This document shows, piece after piece, positions 1 through 10,139 of a DNA stretch of 64,000 nt. The position numbers were made by a program, and so were the translations under genes. Each line of letters opens with the position of its first letter. Positions within the stretch are counted from its first letter, which is position 1. The stretch comes from Epithemia pelagica (Eukaryota > Protista > Bacillariophyta), in contig OX337238.1 in the NCBI GenBank assembly GCA_946965045.2, positions 558,001 to 622,000 of the forward strand. Direction: 5' to 3'. The notes beneath the pieces were generated by a model. It did not search any database, was not told the DNA's origin, and saw only the letters and a program-made list of their open reading frames with translations.

Positions 1-1474
1 CGGTGTTGTTATGCTCTACCGATCTTCCGTTGAGAGTTGAGAAAGGTTGGGTCCAAAGAAATCCGTTCGACACAGTCATTCACAAAACGTGGAGCCTTGT
101 TGGAGCACGCGGAAGTCTTATTGCCAAATTTTGGTCCACCGGCGCGTTGCTAGAAAATTTCATCTTGCTCACATTCTTCCGCACACCAACCTACCTTGTT
201 AGAGACTGATCGGATCGGAATGCCTTTTTGTCTCTGGTTTCATGACATGACAGTCAATGACTATGTTGTTAAAGGAGAAGCCGAATGCTCAAGATCGAGA
301 TGACGATCTTCCCGTATTGCAAGAGCAGAACAAGAGAACGATGCGGTGCGGCTCGCCGTGTTAGCATCGACGCCCAACTCGCATTCTCATTCTACCAAGC
401 CACACACCACAACCTTCTTGGTCCAACGCCGGCCGAGCACCGTGTTTCTAAGTACCAAAAATGTGATCCTACTGGAGGCATGTCTTCCTAGATATTAGCG
501 ACCACCTTCATCCGTTGAACCTACTTTTCAGTATTGCCCTAATCGGATTAAGAGAACGGACTCGTGCTTTTTACGCTGAAGGATATTGCACAGCAGAAGA
601 GACGAAGTCTCCTCACAAAAAAATCCACGATGGCTGCAATCCGCAATGCTCCATGACCTGTGCACCTCCATGCCTTATCATCCACTTTTGACAGCCGACG
701 CATGTGGGCTGACAACCAGACGTTCTCATGAACGAAACCAACGAATAGCGGCAGCAGGAACATGAGCATGAGCGAGATGAGGGAAGCTGTAAAGTTTAGT
801 CCTTCCATCTCAGCAATGGGCCCTGTATGCACTCCGATGTAGAATCGGGTGACCTAACATTGCAGAGAAACTGAAAGCAGTGTGTCGACTGAGGACGACA
901 TGCAACGGTGGATCTCCTTAGGAGCCAAAAGGATCCGAAACGGTGGGATGAACTGACAAATGATGAAGCGCAACCAAAAACGAATCCGCAATCGAGATCA
1001 GTGAATATTTGCATGTCAATATCTGATCACCCTATTGCTGTGCCTTCGTCGAATCGATCGGGGCAAGCATGGGTGTGGAAGGAGAAAACCTTCCATATAT
1101 TCTCAACACTGCTATACTGGAGGGCCTGGAATTTCGCTTGATCTCTCACTGGTCAATAGGCATTTTCATTAGGCGTCAATGTGCTGTTATCAATGTCTGG
1201 AAGGCATTCAATATCTCTACTGTCTAAAGGTGCGTTAGAAAAGGAGAACTTGAGGCATTCGCGGACGAAGCGGAGTGCATTGTAATAATACAATCCACAC
1301 AGAAAGACTATGGCAGTTGAAAAGGAACAGTTTCTGTTAGATTCTACAATCAGACGTCACTGGTCTATGTCTATCGAGCAAGAAACTGTACACGGTCCAA
1401 GTCATGTTTTGGCCAACGCGAGTAAAAAAGAGTGGATGCGTGTGCATGCTCATGGTTGGTGGATCGTTGTTCAT

Positions 1475-2407
1475 TTAGAAAATCCATGCTTGTTCATTTT
1501 CCGCCTTGAGCTTGTTCCACTCTTGTAAATCGGATTTGGAAGCCCACATGCGTAGCGTATCCTTCAGTCGTTCTTGATCCACGACATTGTATCCCTTGAG
1601 CCGCAACATGCATCGATCCAACTCTTGTTCGGTGAGTTTGAAATCTTGATTCGTATCGGACCGAATAATAGCGGCAAACACATCTTGCAACTGCTGCGCG
1701 TCCAAAATTTTCTGTCAATATCACAAACGATTCGGAACAAGACGCCAGATATGGGTTACAAACATGAGAATATGTGAATGGCGACTCTTGGCAATATCAC
1801 GAATCGCATCGATGGAACATACCTTCATTTGTTTCTGAATTTCTCCATTTTCTTGAACCAACTTCTTCATATCCTCCACGTTGGTACCACTTTCTTGGCA
1901 AATTTTGTAGAACTGATGGTCCAATTCCTTCAATTCCCCAACCTCTACAGCGAGTCGGTCGTTTTCCTTGGTAAAACGACTATTTTGTACCGTCAAACGA
2001 TTGACTTGATGTCTCGTTTGATTAATGACAAAGACCATGTTGGGAAGTTTATTGAGCATTTTGCGTTGGTAAATGACATAGGGTCCTGTAATCAAGGGAA
2101 TGACAAAGGCAATAATGGCAATCGCGCTGCCTTCCAAGGCCATGGACGCAATGGCCATGGCCATGGCGGCACAGGCCACCGCAATGACAATCCTGCTCCA
2201 ACGCCGCTGGCTCTTGGACATGGCTTTTCCTTCTTCGACAGACATATCGGGTACTTCCGATGCTGTGGCAATGGCTTGGACCGTACTGTTGGACATGGCA
2301 GATTGTGGAGCTCCTCCAGTGGTTCCTCCTTCTTCCTCCAGGAGAGGATCTCCATGGCTTGCGGCACCCTCTTCAACGTCCATAGTGGTAGACTCTCCTG
2401 CGGGCAT
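1475..2407 (-). CDS. 2-TM + coiled-coil + EF-hand-like loop protein (uncharacterised family), copy A
   Basis: Exons 2407-1823 and 1711-1475 (GT at 1822, CAG acceptor at 1712-1714) join in frame as QKQMK|KILDAQQLQDVF, giving 273 aa. Two hydrophobic helices, then heptads, then SDTNQDFKLTEQELD. Paralog at 37320-38342 has its intron at the same position. Confidence 0.8.
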
Positions 2408-2779
2408 TCCCAGATTGTATCGACGGTATCGAAGCGCAATCTTGTCCCTGTTGGAAATGAAGATACGCAAGAATCAAAACGACAATGGCAACGACAGAGA
2501 TGTGGAGAAGCAATGTATATTGATATTTGATATGGCCATTGGTGTACTACAAAGATCCATGTTTGAAAACAGGATCATACTGTGATGACCGGCCAACGCG
2601 CAATTCAATCTTGTGTCTTGTGGGGGTGGTTCGTCTCGACCCCCCCTCTTTTGCGTGGAAGTGCGCCCCATGCCCCCCATCCACTATCCTCCTTCCCTAT
2701 CGGGATCTGTGGTAAGTTCTATAGAAGGCCTTCTTAATCCCTCCATTTTGATCCTATAGGGAGTAGAAAGACGAACAGA

Positions 2780-2801
2780 TTCCGGATTCCGGAATCCGGA
2801 A
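2780..2801. promoter_or_regulatory. Perfect 22-bp palindrome in divergent promoter (contains TTCnnGAA, HSE-like)
   Basis: ttccggattccggaatccggaa equals its own reverse complement. It lies between the starts at 2407 (-) and 2901 (+). A regulatory role is inference. Confidence 0.35.
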
Positions 2802-2900
2802 GCTGAGAAGAAGTCTAAAATGAAGATACCTTTTACGTCGTGGCTTCTTACAGGAACATTTTGTTCAAACGCCACCGTCTATAAAAGGAGAGTATCGATC

Positions 2901-3812
2901 ATGGGCAATCAAACATCTACTGCTACAGAAAAGCACAGACAGAATGCTGCCCGACACTTTAACCAAGGTGACTTTGCTCAAGCAATCAAGAGCGCACAAA
3001 ACGCCGAAACTATCTTGCTACAAACTGATCCAGAATCGCTCGAGCTAGCGAAAACATGGAATTTATTCGTTGCCATTTACTGGCGCCAAGGGGACTTGGA
3101 CCAAGCTTTGGCTTACTCGAAGAGGTCCATGGCATTGCTTCAAGAACAGGATCCAGACTGTTCTCTCATGGGCGAGACCTTACAGAATATGGGTTGTATT
3201 TTTGCAGAGCGGCATCAGAACCAAGAGGCGAGGGTCTTGTTGGAAAGTGCTCTGAAAATAAAGCAAGCAACAGAGCCTGACTCTCTACGTGTGGCAACGA
3301 CTCACCACAACATTTTTCTTGTCTTGGCGCATTTGTCTCCTCAAGAGTATAAGGAAGAAATGCTGGACCATATGCGTAATGCCATTAAAATAAAGCGAGC
3401 CAAGGCTCCAAACTCGGAATCACTCGCCCAGAGCTATCTCACGTTTGGAAGTTACTGTTCATCTCACATTTTTCTCCAATTGGCTCAAAAAGCCAGAGAC
3501 ATTGCCGAGAGGCTGAGTCCACCACGTAAGTCACTCAACGTTCTTGTGTATCACGCCTTGGGCCTCGCATACAACCGAGAAAATAGCGACAAACGAGATT
3601 TAAACAAGGCCATTGACTTTCTCAAAAAAGCACAGTCATTGGAACTTTCCTTATCACCCACGTCCTTGACATGTGCGGAAATCCACACTCATTTGGCGGA
3701 AGTCCTTGAGGAAACCGGAAGACTGGAAGAAGCTCGCGCCGCACGTACGACGTCATTGAGTATACAAATGCAAAAGGCACCTTCTCGACTTGATGTTGCC
3801 AAGAAAAGCTGA
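2901..3812 (+). CDS. Tetratricopeptide-repeat protein (kinesin-light-chain-like TPR array), possible N-myristoylation
   Basis: Repeated units such as SLELAKTWNLFVAIY...ALAY, SLMGETLQNMGCIF, SLRVATTHHNI and SLTCAEIHTHLAEVL. ATG at 2901 with TATAAAA ~20 bp upstream. N-terminus MGNQTS fits MGxxxS. Confidence 0.8.
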   Translation: MGNQTSTATEKHRQNAARHFNQGDFAQAIKSAQNAETILLQTDPESLELAKTWNLFVAIYWRQGDLDQALAYSKRSMALLQEQDPDCSLMGETLQNMGCIFAERHQNQEARVLLESALKIKQATEPDSLRVATTHHNIFLVLAHLSPQEYKEEMLDHMRNAIKIKRAKAPNSESLAQSYLTFGSYCSSHIFLQLAQKARDIAERLSPPRKSLNVLVYHALGLAYNRENSDKRDLNKAIDFLKKAQSLELSLSPTSLTCAEIHTHLAEVLEETGRLEEARAARTTSLSIQMQKAPSRLDVAKKS

Positions 3813-3824
3813 GTTCAGTAATAC

Positions 3825-4150
3825 GATTGGCCAAATCGCTCTCAGTTTCTGCAATCTTAGCCACCACCATAGAACAGGTAGTCGTGATAGGAGGCACTAC
3901 ACAAAAATTCAATAGGAGTAAATGTTTGATACATATAAAGCCAAAGCCACACCGGCCATCATCATTTCCGAGGAACATAGGTCTGGATTGGCCAAATGGC
4001 TCTCAGTTTCTGCAATGGCGCTTTAGCTTAGCCACCACCATAGAACAGGTAGTCGTGATAGGAGGCACTACACAAAAATCCAATAGGAGTGATATATATA
4101 AAGCCAAAGCCACACCGGCCATCACCATTTCAGAGGAAAATAGGTCTGGA
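3825..4150. repeat. Tandem duplication, two ~161-bp units
   Basis: Units start gattggccaaat at 3825 and 3986 and share cttagccaccaccatagaacaggtagtcgtgataggaggcactacacaaaaat...aaagccaaagccacaccggccatca...ataggtctgga, with small indels. Confidence 0.9.
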
Positions 4151-4536
4151 GTGAATCCGAGCTGTTGACAGAAGAGCACTCCTACTACAATAGAAAAAGG
4201 AGTAGAAACGACCGACACAAGCTGGGTTTCTTCTGCAGAATGGAAGATATTTTAGAGTAGTAGTATTAGGCGCTGTCCATGGATTTCTCAATGACGACAA
4301 CGACGACGACAAGAGACGAAACAAGAACGCCTCTAAAGAACCAACAAACGAAAACAATACGAGACAATACAGAGAAAAGAGTTACGGTTCTTGTGTGCCA
4401 GGAAGAAACGGAAGCTTGAGACCGACAGTGTAGTTGTCGTCCTATCTGGTGCGTCTTGTGAGAAAATAATATGGTGTTATGATTGTGTCCGTGTGTGCGT
4501 GAATGTATCGGTTGTTTTGCTTCCATTCTTCCTGGT

Positions 4537-6717
4537 TCATTCGTCGTCGTCGTCGTCATCATCGTCGTCCGCCTCGTCTTTTTCATTTGTTTCCGTAGTA
4601 GCGGTGGCGACTGGTGGCGTAGGAGTGACAGTCGCCGATTTGGGTCGTCTTCGACGGACCGTGACTTCTTCCCACACATCCTCGTCGTCCGTGGTAGCTG
4701 GTTTGTCACTGGCCGTGGCCGCTGCTAGATCGGCTGCCGCTTGTTTGGCCAATTCTTCTTCCTGCAGTTCCAAGGCCAAGAGAGCATCATTCTTGGTCGC
4801 TTGGGAACTCTCCGGAGCCGGCACCTCGGTGGTCGAGGCGTTGGAACTGCTGGCCGTGTCCTTTTTTGGTTGCTTGGATTTTTTGGATTTCTTCTTCTTG
4901 GTACTGGTAGCCCCGTTGGTCGTTGGTTTGGCAGCTGCTTCAACGGATGGCTCTGTAGGTTTGTCAGTCTTGCTCTCGGTGGCCGCTGTCGTTTTCGTTT
5001 CTTCTTCTTCTTCTTGTTTGTGATGGCTCGTTTCAGTATTCGATGCGCCATTGTCCGTGTTGGATGATGATTTCGTTGGCTCTTCACCATTTTTCTCCTT
5101 GACAACAACTTTGTCTTTGGATGTGTCCGCCGTTTCGGATGGAGCCTCTGCTGCTGGTGCACTCGGTTCGTCCACTTGCTTCTGGACGGCATCTGCTTGA
5201 ATATTTTCCTTCTCGTCCAGCAGCTTCGGTTTCTCGTCTTCCTTGGTGTCACTAGCCTTTTTCGCAGTGCTGGCCTTTTTCTTGTTCTTTTTCTTGCCCG
5301 ATACAGCCAATGGTGGAGGGCTTTCGTTGTTCGAGGTGGAACTACTGGTCGACGGTTTGTCGTCCGTTTCGGGCGTATTGCCCACCACTCCCACGCGAGT
5401 CGAAGAATCGGCTCGTTTTCGAACCGTTTGCCATTCTCCTTCCGCGACCTCGTCGTCTCCGTCCCAATACAAGATAGATGCCGGTGGTTCTGCAGCGGCC
5501 GCTGGTGCGGGTGCTTGTTCCTTGGCTTGGACCGGTGTCGTTTCCGCCGATGATTTTTTGTTGGTCTGAGTGTTGGTGTTGTTGTTGGAGGGCGTTTTCT
5601 TGGACGATGCGCGACGCGGTCCCTTCTTTTTCTTGGTGTTGTTGGTGTTGCTAGAAGTATTGGTGCCAAGGGCATCCTCTCCCAGTTCCCTCAAGACCTT
5701 TTCGTCTTGGTCGTTGGAAGGTGCCTTGGAACTGTGTGGTTGCGAGGAGGAAGCCAATGCTTGCTGTGATTGTTGTTGTTTCGATGAGTTGGACGTGGAT
5801 GATTTGGACGAATTCTTTGTGTGGCTGGACGCTTTTTTGGTGCTGTTTCCAGACTGCAACGGTCCTCCTTGTGAGGTTTGTTGTTTGGTTTTGTGCTTGT
5901 GGCGAGGACCACGTCCGCCTCCTTTGACCTTGCTCGTACTAGTACCAGTCGCTTGCGGACCGGCCAACAATTGGTAGAGATAATAAATGGCCCACGCAAT
6001 CATAATGACCAAGACCGTCCAGGAGACGACTGGAACTCCATCCTTTTTCAATTCTTCCAAAAAGGGCGTTTCCTTGATGCCCCGCCGATGCGATTGCTGC
6101 TTGTTGCCGCCATCTTCGGTTCGTGACGATGATTTCATGCTTTGGGCCGAGGATCGTTTCATTTTCAAGGACTTTTGCTGTTGTTGTTCCTTGGCATGTT
6201 CTTGTGCCACAGCCTGCGCCAATTCGGGATCTTCGTACAAGGCTTTTAAAAAGCTTTCTTGATCCATTTGGGCCAATTCTTCCAACGTCACCTTGCGCGG
6301 TGGCAATCCCGAAGACCCTCGTGCTCGTGTTTTGAAGGGTTGATGTCGCGGTCGGCGGGATTGTTGTTGTTGTTGCTGTTGCGCCGCTCGTTCTTCCTCG
6401 GTAATGGTTCGAGCAGACGATCCCTTGGGAAGGGGAGGAGGATGGACCAGATTGGCACCGGCACCACCGGGAGGAGCCATGTATTCCAACGTACTACTAC
6501 TACTACTCCCCGCTTCCGTCCCCGAAGAGCGGCCTCGTGCCCCGCCCGGATCGGGATGGGAGGACGAGGAAGAGTGCCAGTGCTGCTGCTGGTGCTGTTG
6601 TTGTTGGGGTGGCTGTTGTTCCGCCAAGGTATCCCACACCGAAGAGTACAAATTACCCAAGGGTTGTTGCTGCTCTTGCTGGGACTCGGCTTGTTGCTGG
6701 TTGGTCAATCGAGTCAT
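4537..6717 (-). CDS. Single-pass membrane protein with long Lys/Ser/Glu-rich disordered tail (726 aa)
   Basis: Uninterrupted ORF from ATG 6717. One TM helix (VVSWTVLVIMIAWAIYYLYQLL), poly-Lys patches, acidic C-terminus. Confidence 0.8.
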   Translation of the reverse strand: MTRLTNQQQAESQQEQQQPLGNLYSSVWDTLAEQQPPQQQQHQQQHWHSSSSSHPDPGGARGRSSGTEAGSSSSSTLEYMAPPGGAGANLVHPPPLPKGSSARTITEEERAAQQQQQQQSRRPRHQPFKTRARGSSGLPPRKVTLEELAQMDQESFLKALYEDPELAQAVAQEHAKEQQQQKSLKMKRSSAQSMKSSSRTEDGGNKQQSHRRGIKETPFLEELKKDGVPVVSWTVLVIMIAWAIYYLYQLLAGPQATGTSTSKVKGGGRGPRHKHKTKQQTSQGGPLQSGNSTKKASSHTKNSSKSSTSNSSKQQQSQQALASSSQPHSSKAPSNDQDEKVLRELGEDALGTNTSSNTNNTKKKKGPRRASSKKTPSNNNTNTQTNKKSSAETTPVQAKEQAPAPAAAAEPPASILYWDGDDEVAEGEWQTVRKRADSSTRVGVVGNTPETDDKPSTSSSTSNNESPPPLAVSGKKKNKKKASTAKKASDTKEDEKPKLLDEKENIQADAVQKQVDEPSAPAAEAPSETADTSKDKVVVKEKNGEEPTKSSSNTDNGASNTETSHHKQEEEEETKTTAATESKTDKPTEPSVEAAAKPTTNGATSTKKKKSKKSKQPKKDTASSSNASTTEVPAPESSQATKNDALLALELQEEELAKQAAADLAAATASDKPATTDDEDVWEEVTVRRRRPKSATVTPTPPVATATTETNEKDEADDDDDDDDDE

Positions 6718-7943
6718 GGTGCTAAAATGCTCTTTTGTTGTGACAGTTGTGTTCCAGTTTCTTTAGGGCGAGAGTCTGGTAGGATCAAGAGTGAGCTTGT
6801 TGATGTTGTTGTTGGAGTGGTGCCACCAATTCTCAAACGCAGGGGAACGAGTCACGCCAGCGGGACAGCAAACTCAAGACGAGAGTAGCAGCAGTAAAGC
6901 GACGATTTTCTCTCGTGTGCCACAAAAGGCGAAGCAATCTCCAGCAACTACTTGAAACACAATGAACGGGACTGATGTTTCAAACCCAAACAAACAAACA
7001 AACAAACGAGATGCAAGACCAGCAGAAGTGTGAGTATCAAATCTCTCAGGAGTGGGTGTCACGGTCATTTTTTGCCAGCTGGAAGAGAGACCAGAGACGA
7101 ATGAATCGCGTCACATCAATCTTGTGTATTCGCAGGAGTCTGTTGCGACCGTCACCCTTGCCATGTACACCAACAACAACAACATCCAACAAAAGTCTCA
7201 CACGTTGCGGGACTGTCATTTTCACACCACAACAAAAAAGGGCCTGATCCCTCCTGGCCATTGGAAGAAGGAAGGTTGACACTCCAGGAACATGCTCTCT
7301 CCACACACCATCGTTGGCCCATGTTTGGGATGCATCATTCTCGGCCGGCTCTTGTCTTACCTCCTCAATCTATAGTTGGTGTATCCTTTATGGACTGTCG
7401 TTTGGGATTGGAACAACACACACACACACAAGCACCAAGGATCTTTCCTTCGCTTCCTGTGGTGCTGCGAAGGTGCAGATGGTGATGATATTGTGGGGTG
7501 TGATCGTGTGGACACAAGCGAAGCGGTGAGCTAATCCCGATGTACATATCATGTTGATAGTCGTACAATTTGTGAAATACGAAAGGTCTCTATCTACTCT
7601 TCTGTAGAAGCGGCCGGCGACTCATGGCTTCGCACCTCTCAGCGGATGGAATGGAATACCTTTTCGGCATGTTCCGATATTACCGCTCAGAATGGTAATA
7701 CCTCTCACGAAAACATGTCACTCTCCATCATTCTGAACAGTCGTATCAAGCACCTCATTCAATCTTGAGCGATCAGAAGTATTTCCATGTGGAACTCCTC
7801 GGAACATGCGACCAACCTGAAACTCAGCGTGATGGGCATGGCGCATGGCGCCCCGGCGTGAACGGAAAGCGCCCTGTGCCCTTCTTTTGAGCATGCCGTC
7901 ATTTTTTCAAAAAATGCCCGTCAGAGTCTGACGCCAAACCACC

Positions 7944-9815
7944 ATGATGATGATGGATCATCAGAAGCAGGATCTTTTGCATCAACGAGTTCATCATCAT
8001 CCAACACCGACAACGACAACAAAAACGACGACAAAAACGGGTGACTCTTTGGGTCACCGCCGAACGAATAGCCATGGTTCCAAAACATCGACAATGATTC
8101 ATCATCCACGACAAGCCAAACCATCGTCGCCATCCTCTCAATTGCCAGCGGCGGCGAATCCTTCCCCCATGAACAACAACAAGGCCATGTCTGCGCCCCT
8201 CTTGTCCAAAAAGAAATCGTTCAAACGCCAAAGATATCGTCCCGTCATTGTGATTTTGGCCACAGCTCCCTTTGTGTGTGTCCTCTTGGCCATGTGGAAA
8301 ACAGCGACGCTGTCCACCATTCCCACCCATCATTCGACGCCTCCCCTCCCGGGTGCAAGCATGGGCGAAGGCAGTGATACAGCCGGCGACGATGTCTTTT
8401 CGGTGCTGTGGGGAAATCATCTCAATTATTATACGTCTCAACAACACGTTCCTCGGAGAATCCAAGAAACCTGTGACATGGTGGATCCCGGCTTTGTCTG
8501 TGCCCCCTGGTTGAACCAATCGCAACGAATCATTGTATTCAATACACCCATGGGCCGCTTTCAAACCTGGTCTCTCTTTTATCAAGGACAGGGCTATTTG
8601 GGTGGAGAAGCCTATTGGGCGGCCGGTTTGGCCGCGCTCTTGGAGTCCCTAGACTTTACCATTGTGCGATGGACCAATACGAATAATAACAACAACAACA
8701 ATGACTTTGAGCACAATATTCAATGGGGAAGTGACGCAGCCTTGGAACCTCATGTCTATCGCATTATTTCCGACAATGACGGAGAATATACCAAGGAGGC
8801 CTTGTACAATCCCCACGTCATGTGCAAAGTCCGACAAATGCAATGGTGGTTCAAAGACGATCCACCCCAGGAACATTGCATCTTGTCGCCCTTTCAACAT
8901 CCCACCCAACAAGCCGAACCAGAGCCGGAACAACAGCAACAACAACCGAGTCGGCGCAAATTTCAAGGCATTTTTTTGCCCTTTTTGATTCATTCCCAAG
9001 TCCTTCCGTTACCGGCACGACGAATCCCACGAACCAGCTCCACCACCCAGTCTCGCCAATCACCCGTACCACTACAACAGCAACAACAACCCAACAACCA
9101 ATCCACGACGTCCTCCGTGCCTCGATACAACAAAAATGTCTTTTTGTTGAGCAAACGATGTGACTTTAACGGCAACATTATTCGGGAACTCTCGCTGTTG
9201 GGGTTGCGAATTCATGCCACGTGCTTTATTCGCGACAAGGATTCCAAAACCTTGTCGCCCGACTTGTATCGTCTCATTTACAATCATGGCAAACTCACGC
9301 CCTGGCAATTTCGAAAATTGATGCATCAAATGGACATTGTCATTGGCTTTGGCAAACCAAAGGCATCGCCAACACCCTTTGAAGCCGTGGCCAATGGAGC
9401 CGTCTTTCTCAATCCCCTGTTTCCGGGCAAACACAACAAGAGTCAAAACGAAGGATTGCGAGCCTTGGTAGGAGAACCACATGTCTACCATTATCATTTA
9501 TCGCACCAACCCAATGAAACTGTGCACAATCTGTTACAGGCTGTCCATGCCGCCTTGGAACATCCACCACCGAGACCCGGTCAAGGATACATTCCACCGC
9601 ACTACAGTGTGTGTACCTTGCGAAAATATGTCTGCCAGGTGCTGATTGAAGACAATACACCCTGTGAACGCGGTCAAGTCTGTTTGGCCAGGGGGAGTCA
9701 AGATGCCGGCCTCAACAAGGCCAAGTACAAGGACGATTTGGCCGTCTTGTTATCCAAGCAACAACAAGAAGCACAAACGAATGCTGCTGCAGCAGCAGCA
9801 GCAGCCACACAATAA
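7944..9815 (+). CDS. Glycosyltransferase family 18 (GnT-V/MGAT5-like), type II membrane protein
   Basis: TM anchor PVIVILATAPFVCVLLAMW. GGEAYW...L..L.F resembles GnT-V GGELVQW. IGFGKPKASPTPFEAVANGAVFLNP and SQ...LVGEPHVY resemble GnT-V VGLGFPYEGPAPLEAIANGCAFLNP and SQHPY..IGRPHVW (recalled). Confidence 0.8.
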   Translation: MMMMDHQKQDLLHQRVHHHPTPTTTTKTTTKTGDSLGHRRTNSHGSKTSTMIHHPRQAKPSSPSSQLPAAANPSPMNNNKAMSAPLLSKKKSFKRQRYRPVIVILATAPFVCVLLAMWKTATLSTIPTHHSTPPLPGASMGEGSDTAGDDVFSVLWGNHLNYYTSQQHVPRRIQETCDMVDPGFVCAPWLNQSQRIIVFNTPMGRFQTWSLFYQGQGYLGGEAYWAAGLAALLESLDFTIVRWTNTNNNNNNNDFEHNIQWGSDAALEPHVYRIISDNDGEYTKEALYNPHVMCKVRQMQWWFKDDPPQEHCILSPFQHPTQQAEPEPEQQQQQPSRRKFQGIFLPFLIHSQVLPLPARRIPRTSSTTQSRQSPVPLQQQQQPNNQSTTSSVPRYNKNVFLLSKRCDFNGNIIRELSLLGLRIHATCFIRDKDSKTLSPDLYRLIYNHGKLTPWQFRKLMHQMDIVIGFGKPKASPTPFEAVANGAVFLNPLFPGKHNKSQNEGLRALVGEPHVYHYHLSHQPNETVHNLLQAVHAALEHPPPRPGQGYIPPHYSVCTLRKYVCQVLIEDNTPCERGQVCLARGSQDAGLNKAKYKDDLAVLLSKQQQEAQTNAAAAAAAATQ

Positions 9816-10139
9816 GTAATACTGCTGGAAGGAAACGAAAATCACGGATACCAAAACAAACGAAGCGCACGTACTAATTTGCGTCGCGTGTGACGACAGG
9901 AAGCGTAATGGATCGGCAACACAATCGCTCGGAGCTACAAGGTTCCCCTTTGCGTAGACCATGTCACCAACCAGCAGGAGTAGAATTTCTGATAAGAACT
10001 GTCCTTCGAGAAAGCTTCCTCGACAGAGATCAGGGAAGCTTGGACATTGATCTCGGGGAAACCTACTTTCGGTGAGAAGCCTTATGGTTGAAGATGAAGA
10101 TTGCATGTGGATTACTTTGAAGTTAAGAACCTCTGCACT

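Noticed and set aside
1-1300. Short ORFs, including hydrophobic 548-832 (-)
   Set aside because: No recognisable domain or consistent splice model.
3825-4150. CRISPR-like array
   Set aside because: Only two long units with no unique spacers, no cas genes, and a eukaryotic context.
4266-6888. Many long antisense/alternative-frame ORFs over low-complexity genes (also 14285-15154, 42797-44239, 24853-25563)
   Set aside because: Shadow ORFs caused by codon bias and trinucleotide repeats on the opposite strand; no motifs.
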